Source: Candidatus Sigynarchaeum calidifontis (GTDB lineage Archaea > Asgardarchaeota > Lokiarchaeia > Sigyniarchaeales > Sigyniarchaeaceae). From it: DNA of 19,006 nucleotides. Made by a program: the position numbers and the translations under genes. The stretch is from NCBI GenBank assembly GCA_030587475.2, contig JAUQYZ020000017.1:1-19006 (forward strand), given 5' to 3'. Shown here piece after piece: positions 1-8,577 of the stretch (position 1 is its first letter; the number at the start of each line of letters is the position of its first letter). The notes below the pieces were generated by a model. It saw nothing but the letters and a program-made list of their open reading frames with translations, had not been told where the DNA came from and did no database searches.

Positions 1-1701
1 CCGGCGGTTGGTCTCGTCGATGGCCGCCTTCATGGACCGGGTCATCGTGTCGGCGTACATGATCACGTGGCCGTTCACGTTGCGGCTCGCGCGGCCGATG
101 GTCTGGATGAGCGACCGCGTGTCCCGGAGGAAGCCTTCCTTGTCCGCGTCGAGGATCCCGATGAGCGACACCTCGGGGATGTCGAGCCCCTCGCGCAGCA
201 GATTGATGCCGACCAGCACGTCGAACTCGTCGAGCCGCAGCTTCCGGATGATCTCCGCGCGCTCTATCGTGTTGATCTCGTCGTGCAAGTACTCGGCCCG
301 GATGCCGATCTCCTTGAAGTATTCTGACAAGTTCTCTGCCATGTTTTTCGTGAGGGTCGTCACCATTGCCTTTTCCTTGTTATCGACGACCTTGCCGATC
401 TCCTTCACGAGGTCGTCGATCTGGCCCGCGCTCGGGCGCACTTCCACGTACGGGTCGATGAGGCCGGTCGGGCGGATGATCATCTCGACGACCTGGGTCG
501 ATTGTTTCATCTCCCAGTCGCCCGGCGTGGCCGACATGAAGATGGCTTGCGGGATCTTCGCCAGCCACTCGTCGAACGTGAGCGGGCGGTTGTCGTAGGC
601 TGACGGGAGGCGGAAGCCGTAGTCGACCAGGTTCTTCTTCCGGCTGCGGTCGCCGTCGATCATGCCATGCACTTGAGGCACCGCGATGTGGGACTCGTCA
701 ACGACGAGGAGATACTTGTCGGGAAAATAATCCATGAGCGTGCGCGGGGCCTGGCCCGGCTTGCGACCGTCGAGGTACCGGGAATAGTTCTCGATGCCCG
801 TGCAATAGCCGAGTTCCTTGATCATCTCGAGGTCGTATTTCGTGCGCTGCTCCAGGCGATGCGCCTCGAGGAGCTTGCCCTGCGCCTTGAGCTCGGCGAC
901 GCGGTCCTCGAGCTCGTTCTCGATGCCCTGGATCGCATCGTCGAACCGGTAGTCGGGGATGATGAAATGTTTTGCGGGGAAGAGGACGAGCTTGTCCACC
1001 TTGCGTACCTTGTTGAGCGTGACCGGATGGATCTCGTGGATCGACTCGATCTCGTCGCCAAACAGCTCGATGCGGTAAGCGCGCTCCATGTAGGCCGGGT
1101 AAATGTCGATGATGTCACCCCGGACGCGGAATTTGCCCCGCTGGAAGTCGATGTCGTCCCGCTCGTGAAGTGTCTTGATAAAGCCCTTGATGAGGTCGTC
1201 TCGAGATATATGCTGCCCCGTTTCGATGAGAAACTGGAATTGCTTCCATTCCTGCGGATTGCCGAGCGAGTATACTGCGGAAATGGAAGCGACTACTATC
1301 ACATCGTTGCGAGTTAATAAAGAATAACAAGCCGATAGACGCATGCGCTCGATCTCGTAATTGATGTCCATGTCCTTCTCGATATAGCGATCTGTCGCCG
1401 GCATGTAGGCTTCTGGCTGGTAATAGTTGTAATAGGAAACGTAATATTCGACCGCGTTGTCGGGGAAGAGCTCCTTGAACTCGTTGTATAGCTGCGCGGC
1501 GAGCGTCTTGTTCGGGCTCATGACGAGCGTGGGGAGCTGGATTTCCTGGATGACGTTTGCTATCGTGTATGTCTTGCCCGAGCCCGTGATGCCGAGCAGT
1601 GTCTGCATCCGGTCGCCCCGCTTGAGCCCGTCGACCAGCTGCGCGATGACCTTCGGCTGGTCGCCTTTCGGCTGGTAATCCGACTTGATATAGAATTTCA
1701 T
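1..1701 (-). CDS. uvrB: Excinuclease ABC subunit B (UvrB), 3' end runs off the window
   Basis: Absent from the ORF track because there is no stop in the window. Hand translation from ATG at 1701 gives MKFYIKSDYQPKGDQPKVI...LLGITGSGKT (Walker A)...SPNKTLAAQLYNEFKELFPDNAVEYYVSYYNYYQPEAY, and later IIRPTGLIDP, all UvrB hallmarks. Confidence 0.97.
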   Translation of the reverse strand, partial: MKFYIKSDYQPKGDQPKVIAQLVDGLKRGDRMQTLLGITGSGKTYTIANVIQEIQLPTLVMSPNKTLAAQLYNEFKELFPDNAVEYYVSYYNYYQPEAYMPATDRYIEKDMDINYEIERMRLSACYSLLTRNDVIVVASISAVYSLGNPQEWKQFQFLIETGQHISRDDLIKGFIKTLHERDDIDFQRGKFRVRGDIIDIYPAYMERAYRIELFGDEIESIHEIHPVTLNKVRKVDKLVLFPAKHFIIPDYRFDDAIQGIENELEDRVAELKAQGKLLEAHRLEQRTKYDLEMIKELGYCTGIENYSRYLDGRKPGQAPRTLMDYFPDKYLLVVDESHIAVPQVHGMIDGDRSRKKNLVDYGFRLPSAYDNRPLTFDEWLAKIPQAIFMSATPGDWEMKQSTQVVEMIIRPTGLIDPYVEVRPSAGQIDDLVKEIGKVVDNKEKAMVTTLTKNMAENLSEYFKEIGIRAEYLHDEINTIERAEIIRKLRLDEFDVLVGINLLREGLDIPEVSLIGILDADKEGFLRDTRSLIQTIGRASRNVNGHVIMYADTMTRSMKAAIDETNRR

Positions 1702-1822
1702 GCGTCACGATCTCCGCAGAAATCATCAGAAAAATGACATGTTGGACATAATATAATGAGGTAGGGGATACCGAATTCGTGATATGGGTTCTCGAAGAGC
1801 CAATGCCTCTCTGACGGGGCAA

Positions 1823-2098
1823 TTAAAGTTCCCGTTTATAGGCTTTCTTTCTTGGTAAAACGGAAAGGATGATTATGGTATATTCAGGTTGTAAATCGAA
1901 TATTGCTCGATAATCTCCCACTCTTAGGCGATAATAACTTTTGTATCCTTTCAATTTTTTGATGTCCAATTCAGGGGAGAATCCGTCTCTTAGCTTGCGC
2001 AATTGTTCGGTTATACGCTCGCGGGTTGAAGAATCAAGGAGCTGGAGTTCTTTTTCCGCATTCTTCTCGAGAAAGACCTTAAATTTCGTGGAGCTCAA
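1823..2098 (-). CDS. relE: RelE/ParE-family toxin (mRNA interferase)
   Basis: 91 aa basic protein with IKKLKGYKSYYRLRVGDYRAIF and a C-terminal PRKKAYK, typical RelE motifs. TTG start overlaps the upstream small ORF. Confidence 0.9.
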   Translation of the reverse strand: MSSTKFKVFLEKNAEKELQLLDSSTRERITEQLRKLRDGFSPELDIKKLKGYKSYYRLRVGDYRAIFDLQPEYTIIILSVLPRKKAYKREL

Positions 2099-2249
2099 GC
2101 TGTCCTTTCCTCTTCAAAGATTCATACCTTTCAATTGCTTTCTTTTCATCGTCATCTGGCTCAACGACCCCGATGAGGCGCGAGTCGATGATGGCCTCTA
2201 TTCGTTCGAGCATGGCTTTTATTTCTTGAAGAGGTTTGTCCTCCACCAT
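2079..2249 (-). CDS. Putative cognate antitoxin (RelB-like), 56 aa
   Basis: Below the ORF-track size cutoff. Hand translation: MVEDKPLQEIKAMLERIEAIIDSRLIGVVEPDDDEKKAIERYESLKRKGQLELHEI*. Small with an acidic patch, directly upstream of the toxin and overlapping it by 20 nt. Confidence 0.75.
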   Translation of the reverse strand: MVEDKPLQEIKAMLERIEAIIDSRLIGVVEPDDDEKKAIERYESLKRKGQLELHEI

Positions 2250-2365
2250 TTTCTATCAGCTCTGCAGTACACATGCGAACCTATTGATTTATATTTGCTG
2301 GGTAAAACCTTTCGGTTAATCACACTTCTGAAAGCGACTTAGTTTAATTATGATGCAGACTCCCT

Positions 2366-3565
2366 TCAGCGCTTGAAAGCATCGCTGCAGAACTTGAACG
2401 CGGGCAAGATGTTTGTCCCGCAACCCAGGACATGCGGCGAGATGGCGACGGCCGGATCGTCGGGGTTGTGGAACTCGTGTTCGATGCCGTGCGCGAGTAA
2501 TGTCTCGTGCAATTGCCGCGTCGGGGGGCACAGGCCAAACTCGTCCTTCGCGTCGACGTAGATGAAGACCGGTTTCCCCTTCAACGCGCCCGGGTGCTCG
2601 TTAACCATCTCGCTCAAGTCGAACTTGCGCCAGTTCGCGATCGCCGCGTCGCTGGCGCTGGTGATCTTCCCTGCATCGTCACGTTTTATTGAAGGTACCA
2701 GTGGCGTGTCCTTTGAATAGATCATATCGATCGTGTCGACGATGTCGCTCCACTCGTGCTCCCCTTGCTTTTTTGCATATCTTTTACCAAGGAGCCGCTC
2801 GTACAAGGGCGAGTACAGCTTCCAGTCGACCATGGTCCAGAGCAAGTTGCCCGGCGCGAGCGATGCGACCGCGCCGAACACGCCCGGGTACTTGATCCCG
2901 AGATACATCGCCCCGTACCCGCCCATGGACGCGCCAGACACCGCCCTGTGGCCCGGATCGGCGAGCGTCCGGTAGTTGCGATCCACGTGGGCGACCACGT
3001 CGCGGGCGATGTAGTCCGCGTAGTTGCCCGAGTGCGGCGAGTTCACGTAAAAGCTCCCTTTCACGTTCGGCCTGCCCGTGATATCCTTGCCCCCACCGAG
3101 CCGTGGGAGATGGAGGCTCCCGTCGGGCTGCACGAGGATGAACGGCTCGATCTCGCCCCTGGTGATGAGCTCATCGAGCATCTCGTAGGTGGGAATCTTG
3201 TCGAGGTTGAACTCGCGGGCCATGCGCGCGGGAATCGCGTCGAAGGGAAAAGGGGCCTGGTCGATCTCCCGCCGGGACGTTATCGTCCATGACTTGTTGT
3301 TGGACCCGTACCCGTGCAAGAAATAAATGACGGGGTACCGCTCGTTCGTTTTTTCGTGATAGCCAGGTGGCAAATATATCCGCAAATCCCTGTCCGCGGG
3401 GCTGTCGAGCGGGTTGTTGTCCAAGCTCGCGGCGTGGATCGTGTCGATGCGATACCGGTCAGCGGATTGTCGGAATTTCTCGATCTTTCTCTTGCTCGAT
3501 TTCAGCTTGACCAAGAACGCGATGAACCGGAGCGCGATTTCCAGTTTTTCCATGGCATCATCCAC
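2366..3565 (-). CDS. Alpha/beta-hydrolase, putative esterase (Fes/S-formylglutathione hydrolase/feruloyl esterase-like)
   Basis: IYLPPGY...YPVIYFLHGYG, nucleophile elbow GASMGG, and candidate catalytic Asp (DAKDEF) and His (SPHVLG). Confidence 0.88.
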   Translation of the reverse strand: MDDAMEKLEIALRFIAFLVKLKSSKRKIEKFRQSADRYRIDTIHAASLDNNPLDSPADRDLRIYLPPGYHEKTNERYPVIYFLHGYGSNNKSWTITSRREIDQAPFPFDAIPARMAREFNLDKIPTYEMLDELITRGEIEPFILVQPDGSLHLPRLGGGKDITGRPNVKGSFYVNSPHSGNYADYIARDVVAHVDRNYRTLADPGHRAVSGASMGGYGAMYLGIKYPGVFGAVASLAPGNLLWTMVDWKLYSPLYERLLGKRYAKKQGEHEWSDIVDTIDMIYSKDTPLVPSIKRDDAGKITSASDAAIANWRKFDLSEMVNEHPGALKGKPVFIYVDAKDEFGLCPPTRQLHETLLAHGIEHEFHNPDDPAVAISPHVLGCGTNILPAFKFCSDAFKR

Positions 3566-3592
3566 CCTTTTCGTTTTGTTTGGAAAAAAAGG

Positions 3593-5041
3593 TCATGCCG
3601 GAGGCACGGCCGAACGCTTCTTCGCGTGCAAGGCGTCGAGCTTCTCGCGGATTTCTTGCAATTTCTTCCCGTGTATCGGATACTTCCAGAGCGCGACCAG
3701 GCCAATGGCAAGCACGATGGCTGGATAGACCCCGATGAGGATGCGGAGGAGATTGACCTGATCGGGACCGACCGACCCGGGTCCGAACACGCTCCATCCA
3801 GCACCCGAGAACGTGAGCCCGACGACGAGGTAATTAGCGATCGTCGAGAGCCGAATGATGAATGTTATCACGCCGTAATATGCCCCCGACCGCCGTGTTC
3901 CGAGGTTGACCTCGTCCTCGTCGATGATCTCGGCGATGCACTGGTCGTAAAAATAGATGGAACCGCCGGTGCCGAATCCCACGAAAACCATGGCGACGAA
4001 GCCGGATTGCAGGTCCCAAGCCATCATCAAGACCAGCAGCGATCCCGCCCACCATGCGAGCGCGACGATCCCGACGTATCTGGCGCCTTTAACCTGGCGT
4101 ATCTTTGTCCAAACAGGCATCGTCACCGCGCCGACGATGAACGAGAAGAGGAGGAGGATACCGCTCATGACAGAATCATTCTTGTTTATGCCGAGCGCGT
4201 AGGTGGCAAAAAGAGGGAACATGCTCGGGATGATGCCGTTGCAGATCCAGTAGGCAAAACCGGCGATCAGGAATATCCGGAACGACTTGTTCCTGAACGT
4301 TTGCTTGACCGAAGCCCCAAAGCTCAAGGCAGATTCGCTGTCCCTGGAAAACTCCACGCGTTCCTTGACACCAAACTTGATCACGAGAGTGTAGATCACG
4401 ATAACGATGATCCCGGCAAGAAACCCGCTGAGGATGTACTGGCTAGCGGTATATGGAAGGCCTCTATCATTCGCGATGTCCTCGATGATGATCGAGGGCA
4501 TGACGAACGCGAGGACGAGCGCCACGACGACAAGCATGCTGCGTAAACGGCCGACCTCCGACCTGTCTTTCATCGAAAGAAACATCTCCGAAAACAAGGC
4601 GTTGTAATTCACGTTGAACAGCGAGTACACGCCGTCGAACATAAAAAGCACGCAAGTAAAGTACACGAATTGGATTATCTTGTCGCTTGGCGTGTTGCCG
4701 GGCGGAGGGGTGAATAATAATACCATCATGATGGCCAGCGGAATGGCCCCGGCGATCATCCACGGGCGCCGGCGACCAAGGCGCGATTTCGTGCGATCCG
4801 ACAAGTTGCCGATGAGATTGTCGTTGATCGCGTTCCAAAAGGACCAGATGATGAATCCGACCGAGATCCACCGAACATCGAGCCCGATGACCGTGAAATA
4901 ATACGTGAATATGAGGAACGAGAATGTCTGGTACGCGACGTTGTCACCGACCTCGCCGAGTGCGAAAAATCTCTTGGCTCGCTTCGGCATGTCGATTTCC
5001 TTGCTTGTATCACCGCGTGATTCGCCCATGTTTTGCACCAC
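3593..5041 (-). CDS. MFS transporter, glycoside-pentoside-hexuronide (MelB-like) family
   Basis: About 12 hydrophobic segments, WNAIND...IGNLSDRTKSRLGRRRPW motif and AEIIDEDE...GTRRSGAYYG. The start may be the ATG at 5029. Confidence 0.92.
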   Translation of the reverse strand: MVQNMGESRGDTSKEIDMPKRAKRFFALGEVGDNVAYQTFSFLIFTYYFTVIGLDVRWISVGFIIWSFWNAINDNLIGNLSDRTKSRLGRRRPWMIAGAIPLAIMMVLLFTPPPGNTPSDKIIQFVYFTCVLFMFDGVYSLFNVNYNALFSEMFLSMKDRSEVGRLRSMLVVVALVLAFVMPSIIIEDIANDRGLPYTASQYILSGFLAGIIVIVIYTLVIKFGVKERVEFSRDSESALSFGASVKQTFRNKSFRIFLIAGFAYWICNGIIPSMFPLFATYALGINKNDSVMSGILLLFSFIVGAVTMPVWTKIRQVKGARYVGIVALAWWAGSLLVLMMAWDLQSGFVAMVFVGFGTGGSIYFYDQCIAEIIDEDEVNLGTRRSGAYYGVITFIIRLSTIANYLVVGLTFSGAGWSVFGPGSVGPDQVNLLRILIGVYPAIVLAIGLVALWKYPIHGKKLQEIREKLDALHAKKRSAVPPA

Positions 5042-5349
5042 TTAGCCATTATCCCTCGCGCCTATTTTAATTACCCACACCAGTTCCACGGACGAAGGTG
5101 GAATGATCGCCGGATAGTTCAGGGGGAGGCAAATTATCGAACGGGTATCGAACAGCCCCTGATCCTCACGTGGACCGCGAATCCAAAAGGGCCTGGGAGA
5201 AAAATTTCGACGGCTGCCCGTTTTCCGCGGCCTGGTTTCGTTACTAGCCCCCGTGTCAAGAATGAACAAGGCAAACGAATGGCCATGATTGCGATTAATA
5301 TTTAAAGGATACCATAGATCAGTTTATCTAGCGCCTAGAAATGGGTTGA

Positions 5350-5847
5350 ATGAAGGTGGCGAGTAGCTTCAAGAAAGTGAAGGACGCTTTCGTGCGGTTT
5401 TTCGAAGCGATCGCCGCCTTTTTCAAGAACTTGTTCAAGAAAAGAAGTGACGACAAAATGGGAGAAAACCCGGATTTCGACGAGGATTTGGGACCGCCAG
5501 CAGAGGAACCCGCGGCACCCAAACCCGTTTCGAGCAAGACCCCCGCCGGCACTGCGCCGAGGTCGATCGCGTCGAAGACACCCGCCGCAAGTGGTGGTAA
5601 AGATGTCTCCGTTTATTTTCAATCAACCATCGGGCCAGGCGAGAAGAAACAGAAGCTGCTCGTGAATACCGGCAATCAAGTTGGCGCCATCAAGCAGACG
5701 GTTGGCAACATGTTCGGCTTGGACCCGAACGATTTCCATCTCTCGCATGGTGGTGTCACGTTGGACGAGGGAGCCCCCTTGAGCAATTACAACGTGAACG
5801 ACGGGGACACCTTGCTGCTCATCCCGGCAAGCACCGCGGGCATGTAG
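5350..5847 (+). CDS. Ubiquitin-like modifier with N-terminal amphipathic helix and disordered linker; C-terminus IPASTAG-M
   Basis: The C-terminal ~80 aa align by eye with ubiquitin (DFHLSHGGVTLDEGAPLSNYNVNDGDTLLLI vs [31 protein letters not shown]). First gene of the E1-E2-JAMM-RING operon. Confidence 0.88.
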   Translation: MKVASSFKKVKDAFVRFFEAIAAFFKNLFKKRSDDKMGENPDFDEDLGPPAEEPAAPKPVSSKTPAGTAPRSIASKTPAASGGKDVSVYFQSTIGPGEKKQKLLVNTGNQVGAIKQTVGNMFGLDPNDFHLSHGGVTLDEGAPLSNYNVNDGDTLLLIPASTAGM

Positions 5848-5869
5848 AATCTCTCCGATCATTGCGGGG

Positions 5870-5893
5870 AAAAAAGACTCTTGTCTTTTTTTT
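5870..5893 (+). terminator. Inverted repeat with T-run between the Ubl and E1 genes (possible terminator/attenuator)
   Basis: AAAAAAGAC-TCTT-GTCTTTTTT perfect 9-bp stem ending in a T8 tract. Confidence 0.45.
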
Positions 5894-5912
5894 ATTCAAA
5901 TCATGACGGAGA

Positions 5913-7142
5913 ATGACGAACGTGGATAAATCCGATTTCTTCAACACGGAGCTGACGGAAAAGGAACGGGAACTGTACAACAGGCAATTCCGGTACGAAG
6001 GGTGGAACCAGTCCATCCTCAAGCGAGCCAGGGTGCTCGTCGCCGGCGTCGGCGGGCTCGGGTGCGAGATCGCCAAGAACCTGGCCATGGTAGGCATCGG
6101 CCATATCGACCTGGTCGATCTCGATGTCATCGAACATTCGAACTTGAACCGCCAGTTCCTGTTCCTCGAGGCGAACATCGGGGCGCCGAAGGCGACCGTC
6201 GCCGCCGAGAAGCTGCGGGGGATCAACCCCACGATCGAGATCACGGGCCATCACTCTGCGCTCGAGCGGCTCGACCCGGACATCTACCGGCGGGCGGACG
6301 TGCTGGTCGGGGGGCTCGATTCCGTCCTGGCACGCCAAAACCTGAATGCCCAGGCCATCCGCTTCAGGAAACCGCTCGTCGACGGCGGCGTCGGCGGGTA
6401 CAATGGCCACGTCTACACGATCATGCCGTACGAGAACGCTTGTTACGAGTGCCAGCCACATCCATCCGGCCCGAGCGACGAGATGGCCGCGTGCACCGTC
6501 GTCGGCGTGCCCCGCAAGCGCGTGCATTGCGTTTTCAAGGGAAACATGCTATTTCAAGACACGTTCAAGCACGACCCCGACCCGAAAAAGCTCGATGACG
6601 TGGAATTCGTGCGGAAAGAGGCAAACCGGCTCGCCCGCGAGTATAATTTTCTCCCGGAATTTTCCACGGGGGATGTCGTGAAGGTCCTCGACCGCCACGA
6701 CCCGGGCCTCATCACGATCAACGCGGTCATCTCGGCAATCCAATCGCACGAGGTGATCAAGATCGTGAACTGGAAGGCCGGGAACAAGGCGCTGGGAGAA
6801 CCGATGAAAACGTACCTGATATTCAACGGCATGACCATGAAGTTCTATTATATCGAGAAACCTCGAAACCCGGCTTGCCCGCAATGCGGCGACAACGTCA
6901 AGCGCGTGGGCATCGAGCTTGCGAGCACCGATCCTTGCCAGAAAATCATCGACATGCTGGTGGCAATGGGATTTAAAACGAGCCCGGACATGGAGCCGGT
7001 GCTCACGATGAACGATTTCAAGGGCGTCCGGGTGCTCGACTCGGAAAAGTCCGTCGCGGAGAACGAGCTGCGAACCTACGACCTCATCACCGTGGCCGGC
7101 TTCGCGGACGGGGAAGTGTTTATTACCTTGAAGATAAAGTGA
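5913..7142 (+). CDS. Ubiquitin-like activating enzyme E1 (ThiF/UBA3-like, with catalytic Cys and probable C-terminal ubiquitin-fold domain)
   Basis: YNRQ, VAGVGGLGCE, DLDVIEHSNLNRQFLF, Zn pairs CYEC and CPQC, catalytic-Cys motif MAACTV, and an ~80 aa C-terminal domain ending EVFITLKIK. Confidence 0.95.
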   Translation: MTNVDKSDFFNTELTEKERELYNRQFRYEGWNQSILKRARVLVAGVGGLGCEIAKNLAMVGIGHIDLVDLDVIEHSNLNRQFLFLEANIGAPKATVAAEKLRGINPTIEITGHHSALERLDPDIYRRADVLVGGLDSVLARQNLNAQAIRFRKPLVDGGVGGYNGHVYTIMPYENACYECQPHPSGPSDEMAACTVVGVPRKRVHCVFKGNMLFQDTFKHDPDPKKLDDVEFVRKEANRLAREYNFLPEFSTGDVVKVLDRHDPGLITINAVISAIQSHEVIKIVNWKAGNKALGEPMKTYLIFNGMTMKFYYIEKPRNPACPQCGDNVKRVGIELASTDPCQKIIDMLVAMGFKTSPDMEPVLTMNDFKGVRVLDSEKSVAENELRTYDLITVAGFADGEVFITLKIK

Positions 7143-7195
7143 AACAATAATAAAAACCGACGCGATTCAAGAACAAAGACCAGAAGTGAAAAAAC

Positions 7196-7723
7196 ATGAG
7201 CTTGAGAACCACCAGGATCTCGCAAGATTTTGCAGCGTTGAAGAAAATGCTGAGCGAGGGAACCATCGTCCAGCTGAAAGGATTCGACAAGGATAGCAAG
7301 TCGATCGACCACCTTGCGGTGACGCTCGTCGGGCCAAAGGGAACGGCGTACCAAGGCGGCTTGTTCAAGCTGGAGATCAAGTTCCCGCCAGATTACCCCC
7401 AGCAACCACCCTTCGTGCGCCTGCATACCCCGATCTGGCATCCAAACTTTTGGCCGAAGCCATCCGAGTTTCCAGGCCAGCGGAACATCTGCCTGGCACT
7501 CGTCGACCCCTCGCTGGTCGGGACAAAAGGCGGGTGGAGCCCATCCAAGACCATCGTGACCGTCGTCCAGGCGATTATTGCCATGCTGAACACCAAGGGC
7601 CAGTACATCAACCCGACGGACGTGTTCAACAAGAAAGCAGCCGAGGAAATGCTTAGGGATCCGAAATCGTTTGACGAGAAGTGCAGGCAATTGACGAAGA
7701 AATACGCCACGGAAAAATGGTAA
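7196..7723 (+). CDS. Ubiquitin-conjugating enzyme E2 (UBC fold)
   Basis: GPKGTAYQGGLFKLEIKFPPDYPQQPPFVRLHTPIWHPN...ICL...WSPSKTIVTVVQAIIAML; HPN motif and catalytic Cys intact. Confidence 0.96.
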   Translation: MSLRTTRISQDFAALKKMLSEGTIVQLKGFDKDSKSIDHLAVTLVGPKGTAYQGGLFKLEIKFPPDYPQQPPFVRLHTPIWHPNFWPKPSEFPGQRNICLALVDPSLVGTKGGWSPSKTIVTVVQAIIAMLNTKGQYINPTDVFNKKAAEEMLRDPKSFDEKCRQLTKKYATEKW

Positions 7724-8574
7724 TGGTAATGGACATGGCAGAACAGCGAGACGGGGCTGGTAGCAAGGAGGATGCCCGGGAGCGCAAGCTCAAGGAAGAC
7801 TTGAAGCAAGAGCTGAAGGTCGAGCTTTTAAAGGAGATCTATGCCGAGCTGAAATCCGAGAAATCCGAGAAGGTCGACGTGGCAACGACGACGAAGGACA
7901 CGGTACTGCACATCAAGGAACACTTGCCCAAGATGGAAGTCCCTCCAGCAACACCGATTGCAGTGGCTGCTCCTTCAACGTCTTCCACTCCAGCCACGCC
8001 TTCCCCGCCTCAGGAACGCATCACGTTGACCGCGAAGGTGTTTCTCAAGATTGCCGCCCACGCGCTGAAATACGCTAACAACGGTATCCCCCGGGAGAAA
8101 TGGGTGGAGGTCATCGGCTTGCTTGCCGGAAAGCTCGACAACAACGGGGCCGTGCTGCACGTTGAGGACGCCTACCCGATGGGGCATGGAAATGCTGTTT
8201 ACGCCGAGATCAAGGAATACAAGAACTTTGTTCGTGCTTACAACGATTTGCGAGGACAAGGGCTCTTTGTTGCGGGTTGGTATCATTCTCATCCTGCGTA
8301 TGGCCTGTTCTTGAGCGACGAGGATATGGGCACGCAGGCCCGCTACCAGAAATTATGGGACAAGTCCATCGCCCTCGTCATCGACCCGTACCAGATCAAC
8401 GGCACCTCGTTCGGGTTCAACATCTTCAGAGCGAATTTAAAAACGAGGAAATGGTTCCCCGTGCCGTTTTCCTTCAAGAACGAGCTGGACACGAAAGTAA
8501 TCCCGGAACTGGTCGAATTCATCAATCCTATCGTGGATGGGAAGGCGCTTTTCATGGAATACGACCAGGGGTAG
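7723..8574 (+). CDS. JAMM/MPN+ metallo-isopeptidase (Rpn11/CSN5-like) with N-terminal extension
   Basis: EVIGLL and GWYHSHPAYGLFLSDED (E...HxH-x7-S-x2-D), then TQARYQ and ALVIDP. Start uncertain: in-frame ATGs at 7717, 7723, 7729 and 7735; 7723 overlaps the E2 stop (TAATG). Confidence 0.93.
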   Translation: MVMDMAEQRDGAGSKEDARERKLKEDLKQELKVELLKEIYAELKSEKSEKVDVATTTKDTVLHIKEHLPKMEVPPATPIAVAAPSTSSTPATPSPPQERITLTAKVFLKIAAHALKYANNGIPREKWVEVIGLLAGKLDNNGAVLHVEDAYPMGHGNAVYAEIKEYKNFVRAYNDLRGQGLFVAGWYHSHPAYGLFLSDEDMGTQARYQKLWDKSIALVIDPYQINGTSFGFNIFRANLKTRKWFPVPFSFKNELDTKVIPELVEFINPIVDGKALFMEYDQG

Positions 8575-8577
8575 AAC

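Noticed and set aside
8-1822. Several ORF-track entries (8..598 +, 667..1317 +, 1115..1822 - and others)
   Set aside because: Antisense or off-frame shadows of uvrB, whose real frame was missed by the track because it lacks a stop in the window.
5341-5349. Mini-ORF ATG GGT TGA immediately before the Ubl start
   Set aside because: Two codons only and could easily be chance; no support for a regulatory role.
5350-5847. Calling the Ubl a SAMP/MoaD/ThiS sulfur carrier, or a bona fide UFM1
   Set aside because: No di-Gly and no cofactor-biosynthesis genes nearby, with E2 and RING present. The body resembles ubiquitin, and the E1/E2 look UBA3/UBC-like rather than UBA5/UFC1-like; only the tail recalls UFM1.
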